Source of the DNA: Lama guanicoe
Lineage: Eukaryota
Length of the DNA: 64,000 nucleotides
NCBI GenBank assembly: GCA_013239625.1
Contig: MU053652.1
Coordinates: 7,587,027-7,651,026 of the forward strand
Direction of reading: 5' to 3'
Under the pieces are notes generated by a model. That model was not told where the DNA came from. It made no database searches and saw nothing but the letters and a program-made list of their open reading frames with translations. The translations under genes and the position numbers were made by a program. Position 1 is the stretch's first letter. Each line of letters begins with the position of its first letter. Shown piece after piece: positions 51,890 to 64,000 of the stretch.

Positions 51890-52555
51890 AGGTCATCTTC
51901 AGCCTTACCTTTTCCAGCTCTCACCGTATCAAACTGAATACCCTGCCTTCCAAATCCTACCGATGTGCACATATCCCTTCCATGTGCCCTTGTGCAGCTT
52001 CAGTTGAGGGTCCCATTGTCTCATTATTAAGAGATCCATATCCTAATTGGTCTCCTCATGTGTGAGTCCAAACTCGTTCTGCTCGCTGCACGACAGGCCA
52101 ATAAACTGGGAGATGATTTGCTTTTTTTCTATTACACTCATAACCACCCTTCAGACTGCCAACACAGTGGCCTTCTGAAATGTAAATCTGATTATGTTTC
52201 CCTGCTTAGCACCTACAGTGAGGCACTGTTATCTACAGGATAGAGTCCAAACTCTGGGCAATGTTGTTTCATGGTGTGCCTTTCACCAACCTACACTCTT
52301 GCTTCTCTCATCTACCCCCAACCTCAACAATATCAAATGACCCACAGTTACACTAATATACTCTATTGATTCCTGCCTTTTTGCTTTCTCTCTCAAGCCA
52401 ATGCCCTGCCTAGAACTGTTCTAATGCTTCCTCTACACCTGCCTCCATTGGCCAAAATGCCATTGTTCCTTCTAAACACGGGGTCAAGGCTCCCTTCCCT
52501 GATAAGCCTTCCTTGTTTTCTGGAATTAACAACTCCCTCTTCACTGCTCCTTCAG
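51890..52555 (+). mobile_element. L2 fragment (continues from about 51250-51400)
   Basis: 'tcctaattggtctcc...ctgaaatgtaaatctgattatgtttccctgctta...tacaggatagagtccaaactc...ctgcctagaa'. Confidence 0.75.
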
Positions 52556-52621
52556 GAGGCAACATATGGTGGTGTTTGAAATCGGTCAGGACTTGGCTTC
52601 AATCAGGTTTTCACCAATTAT

Positions 52622-53120
52622 TGTAACAGGGGAAAACAAATCTGGCTCCATATTAGCTCTGTTCCTTTAGCTTTAACCTTGTGCTGTTTCCTGTGCTTAG
52701 TCATGCTGGTTCTGCACCTTTTGTAGAAGAATGCTGCCTATAGCCTGAAATATACAGGATAACCCATTCTCAAGACTCTGACCTTTAAGGGTATAACACT
52801 CTTCCATTTAGAGATAAAACGTTGCAGAACAGAGCATAGTATTTGCCTTGTTGGAGGTTTACAGGAATATCGTGATCTGGCTGATGTGGACAGCTGCAAG
52901 AACAAAGGATTCTGACACCAAGAAGTTTGCAACAACTAACCACACCTCCTCCTCTTTTTAGTATAAAAGGAGCCAGACTTCTAACTTGAGTAAGATGGTT
53001 CTCTAGGACATCAGTCCCCATCTTCTCAGTCTGCTGGCTTTTTGAATAAAGTTGAACATTTCATCTCCCGATTTATTGACCTGTCATGCAGCGAGCTGAA
53101 TGAATTTGAACTCAGTAACA
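52622..53120 (+). mobile_element. Complete ERV1 solo LTR (MER41-like, cetartiodactyl) inserted into a MIR
   Basis: TG...CA ends (tgtaac...gtaaca), TATAAAA 52962-52968, AATAAA 53045-53050, 4-bp TSD TTAT (52618-52621, 53121-53124); MIR resumes at 53125-53280. Confidence 0.88.
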
Positions 53121-53311
53121 TTATTGTGTAATTTTGAGTAAGAAAACTAAATTTTCTAAGTCTTTTAATTAGGAAAAAAGTATCTACTTCTTAGGATTTC
53201 TGTGACCATTAAATGAGATGACATACGTAAAGCTCCTAGCACAATGCATAGCGTGTCCCTAAGAAATATTAGCTATCATATTAATTGAATGAATAATTTC
53301 AATTGAATTTT

Positions 53312-53337
53312 ACACACACACACACAAACACACACAC
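53312..53337. repeat. (AC)n microsatellite
   Basis: Directly visible. Confidence 0.9.
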
Positions 53338-54039
53338 TTTTTCCTATTGTTTCATTCTATCTTAATCTTTTATTTTTTGCAAGCCATAGTACCTAGATAG
53401 TGAGTTCTTTTCATATGTGTTCCATAAGTATTTGTGGCATGAAATGCTCTCCTGTAACTGAAAAGATGATTCAAGTGATTGACATGTGGTCCACAGTCCC
53501 TTTCTTAACATTGTTTTTCTATTGCTCTTTGTTCAGTATCTGCAGCTGCTGCCTTCAGGGCCTTTTTCTATTTATGATCTTGTCTCTTCAGCACTGATGT
53601 GTTTGGATAAAGATGAAAGCATAAATGTAGATTTTATTGTGTATCCTTTAAAGCACTCTCTTCAGAATTTCTCATGAATAACTTTTTAAAGAATATGATG
53701 ATTTTTTAGACCCAAGCTGAAAGCCACCTCTGCTTCTCAAAGGATTGATACAGTCTTAATTTTTTTTAAAGAACCATTTTTATACAAATTATTTTAGAGT
53801 GAGTGAGACTATGGTTTCTAAGAACCTGAAAATGGTATTTAAGTCCTGAAAGAGAGCCACAATCAATCAACTGCACCCCTAAATCAGTACTTACAGTGTA
53901 CAAAACACAAGCACTTATTATTCCCGTAGGGAATGGGTCCCAGAACTCAACAATTTACATGAAACAATCAGAGAACTACTAAGTAATAATCTGTGAGTTT
54001 CTGCCTTTACTTGCAAACCACTTTGAAAGGAGGTAGAAT

Positions 54040-54870
54040 TTGAGATGAACTTCAGTAGTTAGGGAAGTTGCATCAAAGACACCAAACTGACTTGATATTT
54101 GAACTAGCCCCAAACTGAGTCGTGATGTTTCTATAGCAGGAGGGAAAAGAGGCTGCTTCCAGACTGTCAGCAGTGCGAATCAATACACAGACAGAAAGCT
54201 AAGTGTGGCATGTACAGAGGAGGAGAGCAGCAAGCTTTGACTTGGATAGGTGAGCATTCATGTGTGTGAGCATGGTGGCCTGGGGCTGGGAGTAAATTGA
54301 CTTGATAGGGTGCAAATGAGAATAGACAACCTTGAAAATCAGACAAAGGAATATGAGTCCATGGACTAAATAACAGAGTTACTAAATGCTTAAATTAAGC
54401 ACAGCAGTCTGAAGAGTCTGCCTTCAAAAGATTCACCTCACTGTCACCTAATGCACTGAAGGTCGGGGAGGCTTAGAGTGGTTGGAAGGATGGGCAAAAT
54501 CTGAAAGACACTTCCAGGGACTATACTAGAGAAGGAAGTAGCAAAGAGGAATTTGAGTTTTCCAACCTGTGAAAAAGATGTTTCTACTGACAAAGTGAAT
54601 AATTTAGATGAAGAGTCGGGGTTGTTTTTTTGTTGCTGCTGTTCTGTTGTTTGTTTTGGAAAAGGAATATAAAAATTCAGTTTTAGACAAATAAACATTG
54701 GAAAGATTATGGAATAATGAGTAGAGAAGCCCAGAAGACTAGTAAGGAATACAATTAAGGATTGATACAGTACGACATATCCAGAGACTCACATTTGAGA
54801 ACTTGGAGCGAATGGGTGAGAAGCTAAGCTAACGCCACAAAAGTGAATGAGAGAGAAGAGAGCTGCTGTT
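54040..54870 (-). mobile_element. L2 fragment
   Basis: 'ttccagactg..agcagtg...gtgtggcatg...accttgaaaatcagacaaaggaatatga...aaattcagttttagacaaat'. Confidence 0.65.
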
Positions 54871-55887
54871 CATTCTGAAACAGAACAACTAAGCTTCAAG
54901 CTCGGTAAACTAACCCCGTGGTCAGTTCCTGTCCTCAAACTGCCATCAGTCGTTGGTCCTCTGCACAGGAATATACTCTAAAAGTGACAAGTATGTAAAA
55001 GACATGAGTGTCTGGTGTTGGGTGGGAACACATGTCCTAATTTTTAAAAAATTAAGAAAGATATAAACCCGCACAACCCATAGAAATTCAGTTAGTAAGA
55101 AAACATTTAATAAGATCCCATTATCGCACAATGGAGTTAAAAATCAAGTTTCATACTATCATGAGTCTAGAAAAGGGCTCGAATTAACAACATCCAAGCA
55201 CAGGTCTAAACAATCTACAGATCTTCACCTTAAATATATCCTACCACATTAGCCTAAAACACTCTCAGAATAAAGGCTCATTTCCAAATGTTTTTTTTTA
55301 ATATCTCAAAAGCTGAAGGCAAAAATCAGAAAATCCTGAAAAAGTGCCTTTGATGCCATTAATGAAATGCAAAACCGATGCATTTGTGTATTACTAACTG
55401 CCGTGAGTCTTCAAAGAATACGGCTTTTGTTCTTTTTAATAAAACAGGCTTAAAGTATGCCTTTTGGATTCATTCTAATGTCTACAGACTTTAATGTTTG
55501 GGACAGAAAAAAACCCTGCATGGCATAAAAGCAGTTTATCTTTAAAACTTTTCACTAATATAATTGAGAAGAGTTTAGTTTTGAAAAAATGGCTTGTTAT
55601 TCAGATTGTGCCAACTTTTTAGAATAAGAATAAGTGCCAACTGTTTATTTTATTATGTGTAAGCCCTCCAACTTCAGATCCCATGGTCATTCTACAGTAT
55701 CTCATCTGTCTCTGAGTATGTGCTTCATTCCTCTCTCCTGATTTACACCCTTCAAGGCTTAGCAAGAATCCTAACTGGTTCACACAGCTTTTCCTAAATA
55801 TCTACATATTTGTGTGGCATTCTCTCTCCTTTCCTTAAACCTGTAAAACTTACCACTTAATTTTATAATTATAATCATTCAATATGT

Positions 55888-56092
55888 CATATATGTGTAT
55901 ATATATTCCATACACACATATATGCGCTTAAGTGTTTCTATATACATTCACACATAAACATAGAGGTGTTATGTGTATGTATATAGCATATACATATACA
56001 CACATAACATAGTATATATGCAGTGTATAGTATGCAGCATATATAGTATATATATATATATAGTGTGAGTGTGTGTGTGTGTGTGTGTGTAT
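55888..56092. repeat. Low-complexity (TA/CA/TG) tract ending in (TG)n
   Basis: Directly visible. Confidence 0.9.
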
Positions 56093-56102
56093 GGAAAGAA
56101 AA

Positions 56103-56320
56103 TTAACATGTATTAAGGTGTTACTACGTGTCAGGCACTAACTCATACATAATGTTATTCAATCATCTCCATAACCCTATAAATTAGTTATTAATAATAT
56201 TTCCACTTACATCAGAGGCAACTGAGATTTAAAGACGCTAAGCGAGCTTTCTGCAGTTTCACAAATGGTACTGAGTATGAAGTTGGAATTAGAAATTCAG
56301 ACATAGGACATCTTGGCCAG
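56103..56320 (-). mobile_element. MIR SINE
   Basis: 'ttactacgtgtcaggcact...cataaccctat...gaggcaactgagatttaaaga...ggaattagaaattcag'. Confidence 0.75.
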
Positions 56321-59300
56321 GCAGGCAGCAAAAAATCATGTACTGAGTCACCCCTTGGCTGACCACCTACACCTATACCACCCAGAATGGAACAAAAAGA
56401 ATGGAAGATAAAAGGACGTCTTGTAAGATACGGCAGAAGAGGAACAATCTGGGAACTGAGTGTGCCGTGGACAATCAAAGGGCCACGGTTTTGTGGCGAA
56501 GGGTGCAGCTCATTCAGGTTCACTATCTTTCTCTACAGTGAAAGCAACCTCGCTGTCAACCCCAGCAGCTAGGCTCAGGGCCTTGTACTCACCCACCAGC
56601 CCCCGCCCTTAACATGTCAAAAGCCACCTGGTGTGTAGAAGTTAAGAATTAACTAACTTTTGGCTTCATGGGACCAACTCAATACAGTGTTGTTAATTTT
56701 CTTCCAAATAAAGATGACAGAAATAAAAAGCCTACCACACGGTAGCATGATTATTTCATTAAAAAATGTATTTTTTCATGTAAGAAAAACAGAAAGCAGC
56801 TCACCTCAGAAAAAAAGGGAAATTTCTGAGGGAATTTAGAAATTCAGAAAGACTGAGGGAATTTTAAATATTTAAACTTTTTTTTCTATTTTGTTAAATG
56901 TTCATTTATCTTTGGACTGATTAAAAAACAAACAAACAAACACAAAACTCTGCCCTGACTCAACACCGCTCTTCAGGCAGTTTCAGGGAAGCACCACTCT
57001 AAGCCGTGTGGGCTCAGATAGCGTAGCAAGCCGAGAATAATGCTCCCCCAACATCTGTTAATGTCGTGTGTTAACCTCTTACAGAGGAGTGCTTGGAAGT
57101 ATAATGTCTTAACTCACAATAGAATTTCTCCTTTGGCTGCTATTTCAGGCAGTCCATCAGAGATCACATTTTATTTTATTAGTTCAATCAACAAATGCAC
57201 GTTCCGGTCATTGCGCTTTAGGCCAAGGGCTTTTTTTTCGTATACGTGTGCACTTCTGCTTATAGAGAAGCCAGTCCTGCCAGAAAAGCCCCTGGGAGCC
57301 ACTTAAGGCCATCACCTAGCTCAGTTTGTTTTTCCAAAAACAAACTCAGAAGTTAAAAGCATGAGAGAAAAGTTCTCACTGGAGGGTCTCCATTTTTTTG
57401 GTTTTTATTTTTCAGGCACAAAGCAAAGAGTTAGAACTGGACTATCCTCTCCAAGGTCTGTTGCAATTCTAAAACAACACGGTTCTGTAAATACACAAGC
57501 ATCAGAACTTGGTGTGTACAATCGTAGATGGATTTGACTCAGTGCGCACAGAGGTACAGCAGCCCAGTTTAAGAATACCTTCATTCATTAATTTTCCAAT
57601 CCAGAATACAAGACAAGGACCCCAGGGGAAAAAAATCAAGGCCGAAAATTTAAAACCATAAGAAATTTTGAAGATTGAAGGTGAGGTAAATCCTAGAGTG
57701 ATGCTGTGGATGGGGAGTGCTCCAGAAATTATCTCCACCGCCTCATTTTCTCCTCAATTTAGGGAAGTCCTAGTTTTCTGTTTGCCTGCCTTTGTTTGTT
57801 CAAGGAGGTGTCCTCTTTCTTTTAAATTGTGTTTGCTATTGGTGGCAAAGCTTTAAACCTTTTGCAGTAAAAGGACACAGAGAAATAGCCATGTATTCAT
57901 AATGAAGCATAACTGCCCTTCATAAGCAGAATAAAAAGCCTCATTCCTCGTTTGGAAGACAGGGCATTGTCTTTTTGACAAGCTCTGCTCTTAAGCCCAG
58001 GAGACACTATTAGAGCACTTTTCTCTTCCCAATAAAACCACTGAGACTGCAGTGGCAAACGTTAGTGTCTTGAAATTGCAGTGCATTAGAGAAATGGAAG
58101 GGGGTCCCTCACCCCCGACATGTGCTTTCACCTTTTCTATGGCTTACAATTAAGCAAGGGGATAAAAGCGGCTTCAAGACAAATTCCATTTTCGTCGTCA
58201 GCCCTTTATTGTGGCCATATCGTGGGAAAATAAAAGCATTTCTTCTATTTTAATATAGACCAAAGTCTGATGAGCTGGAAACAGAGGGAGAATGCCCATG
58301 ACAGACCTTATCTGTAGGTGGGCCGACTCTGTCTGACACGTTACATTTTTCACTTAACTACATGTAGGGTAATAATTATTGCCCCACTTCTGCTTTGCTG
58401 CCTGGAGAACAATGGGAGGGGGAAAAATGCCTCAGCAATGTTTTTGAATAAAGAGAGAGTGAAAAAGAAGTGGAGGATCATTTAAAATATATCAGATTCT
58501 AATGGGGGGAAAAAAACCTCTTGACTGTCGATGCAGAACTATAAATGGAAAACAGCCCTGCCTGATATCTGCGCATTCGATTATAGAAAAAGCCACAGAG
58601 GTACCACTTATATTAAGTGTCAAAATCTGGGTTGGCAAAGATGCTTTGTACCACCCTTAAGCCATGTGACTTACCCAAATAAGCAAGAGCCTAATCAAAT
58701 GTTTTTAAACAAAACCAAATGTTGAACTTCAAAGAGATGGTTCCTCTTGCACACAGAACATTCCATTCCTAATGAATCAAGGATACAATCTTTAGGGTTC
58801 TGTTGTCTCAAATTATTGCTACGAGTCTTCTTTTCTTGAGCTGTGGGCCCTCCAGCAGGGACCCACGTGAAAAGTTCAGAGGGATAGGTTGAAGTGTCTT
58901 AAAAATTATAACCTGCAGAAAATGACTATGTCACAGCACTATGAATTTCTGAGGAGTTCTCTGCCACTTTTTAAAAGGTCCCGAGAGTTATTACCTGAAC
59001 TGTTAACACTCAGACAAAAAAAAGGAATCCAGGCTAATAAAGCAGTCACATTCAGCAGGCATGTCAGGAGTCAGAGCTAGAATATTTCTTGAATTTTCTG
59101 TGATGTCAACCATCCCATCATGGATTAAGAATTTAAAATGCCATCACCAAAAAATAAAACAGTTAAGTCATGCTGGTGTATAATCAAATCTGTACCTATT
59201 ATATTTAGAATCTAGTGATTTAGGTGCACGGGATGAGGATAAAACATATCTTGCAATGTATACATTGACCTTATACCCACTAGTTTAGAAGGCAGTATCT

Positions 59301-59954
59301 CCCTGCATAATAAAATTGCTAGAAATTGTGATTTAAGCAGTGGCCAGCATTCTGACAGGTAATGCATCTTGCAGTGCACTTTTAAAAGTATAATTATGTT
59401 CACGTTGCCAAAGCAGTGATGCATTGGGAAAGCTTGTCATTTTCCTTACATAGAATAGTCTGAGTCTTTCCACTTATTTACACTCATCTTGGTTTGCTCA
59501 AATGCAACCAAAGCCCACTAGTCCTTGTTGCCTCTCACTGCTTTTTGAACAAAATCATTGCGAAGCCGTTAATGAGGCTTTTTTCTCCCTTTTATCCACT
59601 TTCAGAAGAAACTAAGATCAGTATAAATTTCTTCTTGCTTTATATGTCCTCAGGCTCCACCACACTCTGAATACATTTAAATCGTTCCTCCTGAAATACA
59701 TCTCTGGTGCCTATATCACAAGTGACGTGAGATTATTAATTTACAGGTAAATGCATATCATCTCAAATTTTGAACTATCGCCACTTTTTGAAATACGAGA
59801 AAATTGTCTAGGAGAATTTAATATGGTTTAGTCGTGCTGAACTTGCACAGTTTGTATAGTTCTTAGTCTTTTCAATCTGACACCAGGATAACTACCAGCT
59901 TAATTACTTACAACACATCATTTGTGATTTGTGCATGCCAATGGAGACCTTTGG

Positions 59955-60112
59955 AGTATTAAAATCACCGCGATAGATTTTAAAAGAGTAATGTTGGGAC
60001 TCTACCCCAGACCAATTAAATCAGAATCTTTGGAGGGAGTAGTAATCCAAGGTATTAGCACTTTCAGAAAGCATCTCTGGTGATACAAATGTGTAGTTGA
60101 GAGCCGCTGCTC
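59955..60112. mobile_element. hAT-Charlie MER5-type MITE
   Basis: 'attaaaatcacc...ctaccccagaccaattaaatcagaatct...ctggtgatacaaatgtgtagttgagagccgctg'. Confidence 0.75.
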
Positions 60113-60452
60113 TAGGGTAGGTAAGCTTATTGGTGCCGCAATGATTCTGACCTTCAAGAAGAGAAGCAGCAATGCATATTGTTCCTCTTATTATCATTTG
60201 CCTAGAAACTCATATTTAATATATTAGGAGAAAGCTCCTCCACGTGAGGGCAGATATTATTATGTTACAAGTTCTTCTGATATATCTATAAAGAACTATG
60301 CTTTCCCCGATATAAAACCAAGAAAGTAAACTTCTAAGGGTTCAAGTGCAAGATGCAGCTTTATCTTGTCAGGTTATGAGCCTCCTCCTTCCCGTCTTAA
60401 GCCGGACACCTTTCACTAGACCACATTTACTAAGGGGAAACCTAAGTAGACA

Positions 60453-60993
60453 AGTGGTAGGCAGAATACTGCTCCCTAAAAGATGCCCATGTCCTAATCC
60501 CCAACACCTGTGGATATGTTTTCTCAGATGACAAAAGGGAGTCTGCAGATGCGATTAAGGATCTTGAAATGGGAAGATTATCTATTTGGACCCAGTATAA
60601 TCACAAAGATCCTTATAAGTGGCAGAAGGAGGTCAGAATCAGAGAGATTTGAAGATGCCAGGGGTGGATATGGCTCAGTGGTAAAGCACATGCTTAGCAT
60701 TCACAAGGTCCTGAGCTCAATCCCCAGCACCTCCAGAGAGATTTGAAGATGCTACACTGCTGATTTCGAAGACGGAAGAAGGGGCCACAAGCCAATGAAC
60801 ACGTAGGCAGTCTCTAGAATCTGGAAGAGGCAAGGAAACAGATTCTTTCCTTGAGTTTCTATAGTAAACACAGCCCTGCCAACACTTGATTTTAGGACTT
60901 ATAACCTCTACAACTATAAGGTAATAAACTTGTGTTGTGTTAAGCCACTACATTTGTGGTAATTTGTTATAACAGCAATAGAAACCTAATACA
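60453..60993 (+). mobile_element. MaLR solo LTR (MLT1D-like), interrupted by a SINE
   Basis: 'gtggtaggcagaat...aaagatgcccatgtcctaatcccc...ggcaaggaaacagattct...aagccacta..tttgtggtaatttgttataacagcaatagaaacctaataca'. Confidence 0.9.
60661..60735 (+). mobile_element. tRNA-Ala(AGC)-derived SINE/retrocopy (camelid Vic-1-like), tail-less
   Basis: Colinear with tRNA-Ala-AGC (A box TGGCTCAGTGG 60671-60681, anticodon AGC 60696-60698, ends CCTCCA); TSD 60641-60660 / 60735-60754. Confidence 0.9.
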
Positions 60994-61059
60994 GACATGC
61001 TGAATTACATCTAACTTTGCCCATCCTGAAGAGTCCCTTCCACTTTTGTCTAGGTTTAG

Positions 61060-61420
61060 CACTCAGCCATTTATTTACTCAGAAACCTGAATTAGACATT
61101 GAGCATACAGATATAAAAATATGGTCCTCACTCTCAAGGAGTTCATGGTTAAGTGAGATATAGAAACCATCATCAAACAAGTTAGCAAAGAATATGAAAG
61201 AGGTCTGCAGAGGGCTGTGCAAATGTCCTGTCCAGGCTAGTGAGGTTGTAAAAATTTACTGGGGGAGAGACCAGGATATTTCTCGAAGGATGAGCAGTGG
61301 ACATACCAGGGGGAGGTGAATGAGGTGGCAGAGTTGGAATGTCATAGGTAAAAAACATAGGTAAATGGAATAAGGAAAGAATTAATTATGTATAGACAGA
61401 AAGTGTAAGTAATTAGTACA
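61060..61420 (-). mobile_element. L2 3' fragment
   Basis: 'cactcagccatttattta...atatggtcctcactctcaaggagttcatggttaagtg...tctcgaaggatgagcag'. Confidence 0.65.
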
Positions 61421-61955
61421 CAGGGCTGTGGAGTTATACAGAGTAAAACTAAATGGTATGCATGGCTGGAACTCCAAAACAAATCAGGCAATATTGAAAC
61501 AAGAAACATTCAAGCTACACATATCCCCTCAATCATTCAGCAACAGCTCACAGGTAAGCAGCACATGCATCTTGCTTAAAGGGTGACTCATCTCAAGATA
61601 AAAAGGTATTCCAGGAAAACCCTAATTTAATCATCTCCTAGAACCTTGACCCTCGTGCAGAGACTGAATTTCCTAGCTCTCCAGACATATTCAGGCAGGG
61701 CTGGGTCTAAATTAGACCCAAGCCGTGAAGCTGAAAACTTTGCTCCAAATATCCAGTCTGGTCTCACCTGCTGTTCCACGGTGTTAGGAGGAGTAAGTGC
61801 GTTTTATATTATTCAGGCCAAAGTGGAAATTCCCCCACTTCCACTATCCATGCCAGGGAAGGAGTAATGGGAGTAATATTGGGAACAGAGTTCTGAAATG
61901 ATAACCAATTCAGCATTTCAAATAGGAAGAAAAAGAAGATTCAGATTGCATGTAT

Positions 61956-61978
61956 TGTGTGTGTGTGTGTGTGTGTGT
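61956..61978. repeat. (TG)n microsatellite
   Basis: Directly visible. Confidence 0.95.
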
Positions 61979-62914
61979 AATTTTGCTCCCACCTCTTCTA
62001 AGCAGGTAAAACCCTCTTGGGAACAAGTCTTCAATATTGTCTCCCATCTTCTCTTTCCTCCAGTTTACCTGTCTCCTGCCTGTAGATCCTGGTAGGATTC
62101 GACTATCAAACATGCTGCTAAAATAGAAGTTAAAAATGTTCCATAGGGAGTCTCAGCCTGAAACCCTGAAGTGGTTATTTTTGTAACTAATCATTATCAG
62201 CCTCTCCTGCCTTACTTTCTTTCATTACTATTACTTATACTTTTTATACCCATGTCTCTCCTGAGGGATTATAAACAATTGGAAAGGGAAAAAAATGTGC
62301 CCTACACTTTCACCCAGCCACGTTCAGTGATCGTAAGTCTCCAATAAAGATACAGACATGAAACAAATCTGAAGCCCTCAGAGGATGAGGTTTGGATGGG
62401 TCTTATTCCTGAGGCATTAGGCAACAGGGAATTTCAGGCTCCCTTCAGCAAATTAAGATTTGAGTCACTCACGGGTTTTGTGCTTTATTTTTTAGAAAGT
62501 TGTCTATGAAGTATTTAGACTTTTGAGACAAAAATGCATTTGGTATATGAGTCCTTTTCGGCAAAGACTTTCATCACAGCTTCATTCTGGAAAAAATTCT
62601 GAAACATAGGTTTGCTCATTCGAAATGAATCCAGTTTTCCTGATAGGAAGGTATTATGATTTAGCAAAATATCTTTGCACCGCATGGCTGCTCTCTTGAC
62701 AGAGCCAAAAAATCTCAGAGGGATTATACGAAACAATCAAGTCACTTTCAGTGGCACTCATAATTTCCTTACTTTCTCCCCTCTTGCTCATGATGGGACT
62801 TAAGAACCTAAAGGAATCAGGAAGTGGAGGCGACCAGGAACCTCTATTTCTTGATTCCAATTTATTAACTGATGGGATTTTAGGTCTCCACAATACTTCA
62901 AAAATAATTGTTTC

Positions 62915-63050
62915 ACTCATTCATTTTACAGATGATGAAACCAAGACCCAGAGAGATTAACTGACTTGTCTACGTGCAACACTTTGCACTTGCAGAGCCA
63001 GGGCTAGATGCTGGGTCTTCTGATCCCACTCCAGAAATTTTCCACTTCAC
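62915..63050 (-). mobile_element. MIR core
   Basis: 'cattttacagatgatgaaaccaagacccagagagattaactgacttgtc...gcagagccagggctaga...gggtcttctga'. Confidence 0.85.
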
Positions 63051-63139
63051 CAAAAGTATACATTTAAAGGATGCTTTATGCTCCTGCTATAAAACTGGTA
63101 ACTTGACTTGGGGCTGGTTCTTTTCAGTCATAAGCTGGG

Positions 63140-63640
63140 TGTTCCAATTACCTACTTACCACTGTGTAAAAATCTCTCCAAAACTGGGTAGCTTCATTTT
63201 TTTTAATCATTCATGCTTCTGCAGGTTGATATGCTCAGCTTGTGGGGGCTCCCTCATAAAGCTGCAGCCATATAGCAGCTGAGGCTGAAGTCAAATCATG
63301 TGGAAGCTTCTTCAGTCACACCTGGTACCTGGGTTGACATAGATGAACAGCTGGACACTGGTCAAGCAGCTGGTTCTCTCCATGCAGAGTCTGAGCTTCC
63401 TCACAATGTAGAGTCTTAGGGTTGCAATTCTTACACGGAGGTTGGCTTCCTCCCAATTGGGTTTTCCACAAAACCAAGGCAAAAGCTGCAAGAATTTTTC
63501 TAGCCTCAGAAGTCTCAGAAAATGCTAATTCTCTTCCATTTTTTCTTGTTCTGTCTTCTGTAAGTGAAGCAATAGATTCAGCCCAGATTTAGCCTTCCAG
63601 TGAATGAAGTAACCAAGAATTTGTAGCTATGTGTAATCTA
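63140..63640 (-). mobile_element. MaLR LTR (MLT1H-like)
   Basis: 'ccaaaactgggtagctt...gctgaggctgaagtc...tctctccatgc..gagcttcctcacaat...ctagcctcagaagtc...cagcccagatt...aagaatttgtagc'. Confidence 0.7.
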
Positions 63641-64000
63641 TGTATCTTTACATATATTTTACATTCATCAGTTTACATCATAATGAATGCCTTATTATAT
63701 CCATAACTTTAAATCCCTGGAATGTTAAAATGCAGTCATTATTCAGGGAAAATGGGAAGAAACAGCAGTCTGTTTATACATGGGAGATATTTCCTACCCT
63801 CCAAATTATTCAAGGACCACTGAATAGTTGTCCTCAACACTGCTAACTTGTTTACATTTATTTCCATATTTGTCTCCAATCTGCTTAGGCAAAGAGTACA
63901 GTTACCTATGTTCTAAAAATCGACTCATTTTATTTCTCACAATTATAAGCCCATTAGCTTACTGGTCATTTAATATAAAATATACGCTGTTCAACACATG

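Noticed and set aside
57393..57461. Exon-like signals (TTTTCAG ... AAG|GTCTGT)
   Set aside because: The donor is weak and the body resembles a degenerate MIR3-type tail
60661..60735. Functional tRNA-Ala gene
   Set aside because: B box is mutated (GAGCTCAATCC), stems carry mismatches, there is no oligo-T terminator, and it is flanked by a TSD inside an LTR, so it is a retrocopy

Overview
This is AT-rich mammalian genomic DNA, not prokaryotic. A tRNA-Ala-derived SINE at 60661-60735 resembles the camelid Vic-1 family, and the L1 3' UTRs and a MER41-like LTR look cetartiodactyl, so a camelid source is likely (inference). I recognise no intact protein-coding gene. The only ORFs with recognisable protein similarity are decayed L1 ORF1/ORF2 fragments, so the window looks intronic or intergenic. 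Much of it is a nested mosaic of L1, L2, MIR, MaLR/ERV solo LTRs, hAT/Tigger MITEs and microsatellites. Repeat-poor blocks (about 1.1-6.2 kb, 10-11.8 kb, 21.1-22.1 kb, 56.3-59.9 kb) may be regulatory. The best-supported oddities are retrotransposition products: a tail-less SINE with a 20-bp TSD, a double-3'-end L1 inside one TSD, a 5'-inverted L1 and an inverted orphan LTR end. Candidate exons, promoters and CTCF sites are motif-level inferences only. Repeat subfamily names are recalled from consensus sequences and need RepeatMasker/Dfam confirmation. I found no convincing novel biological system.
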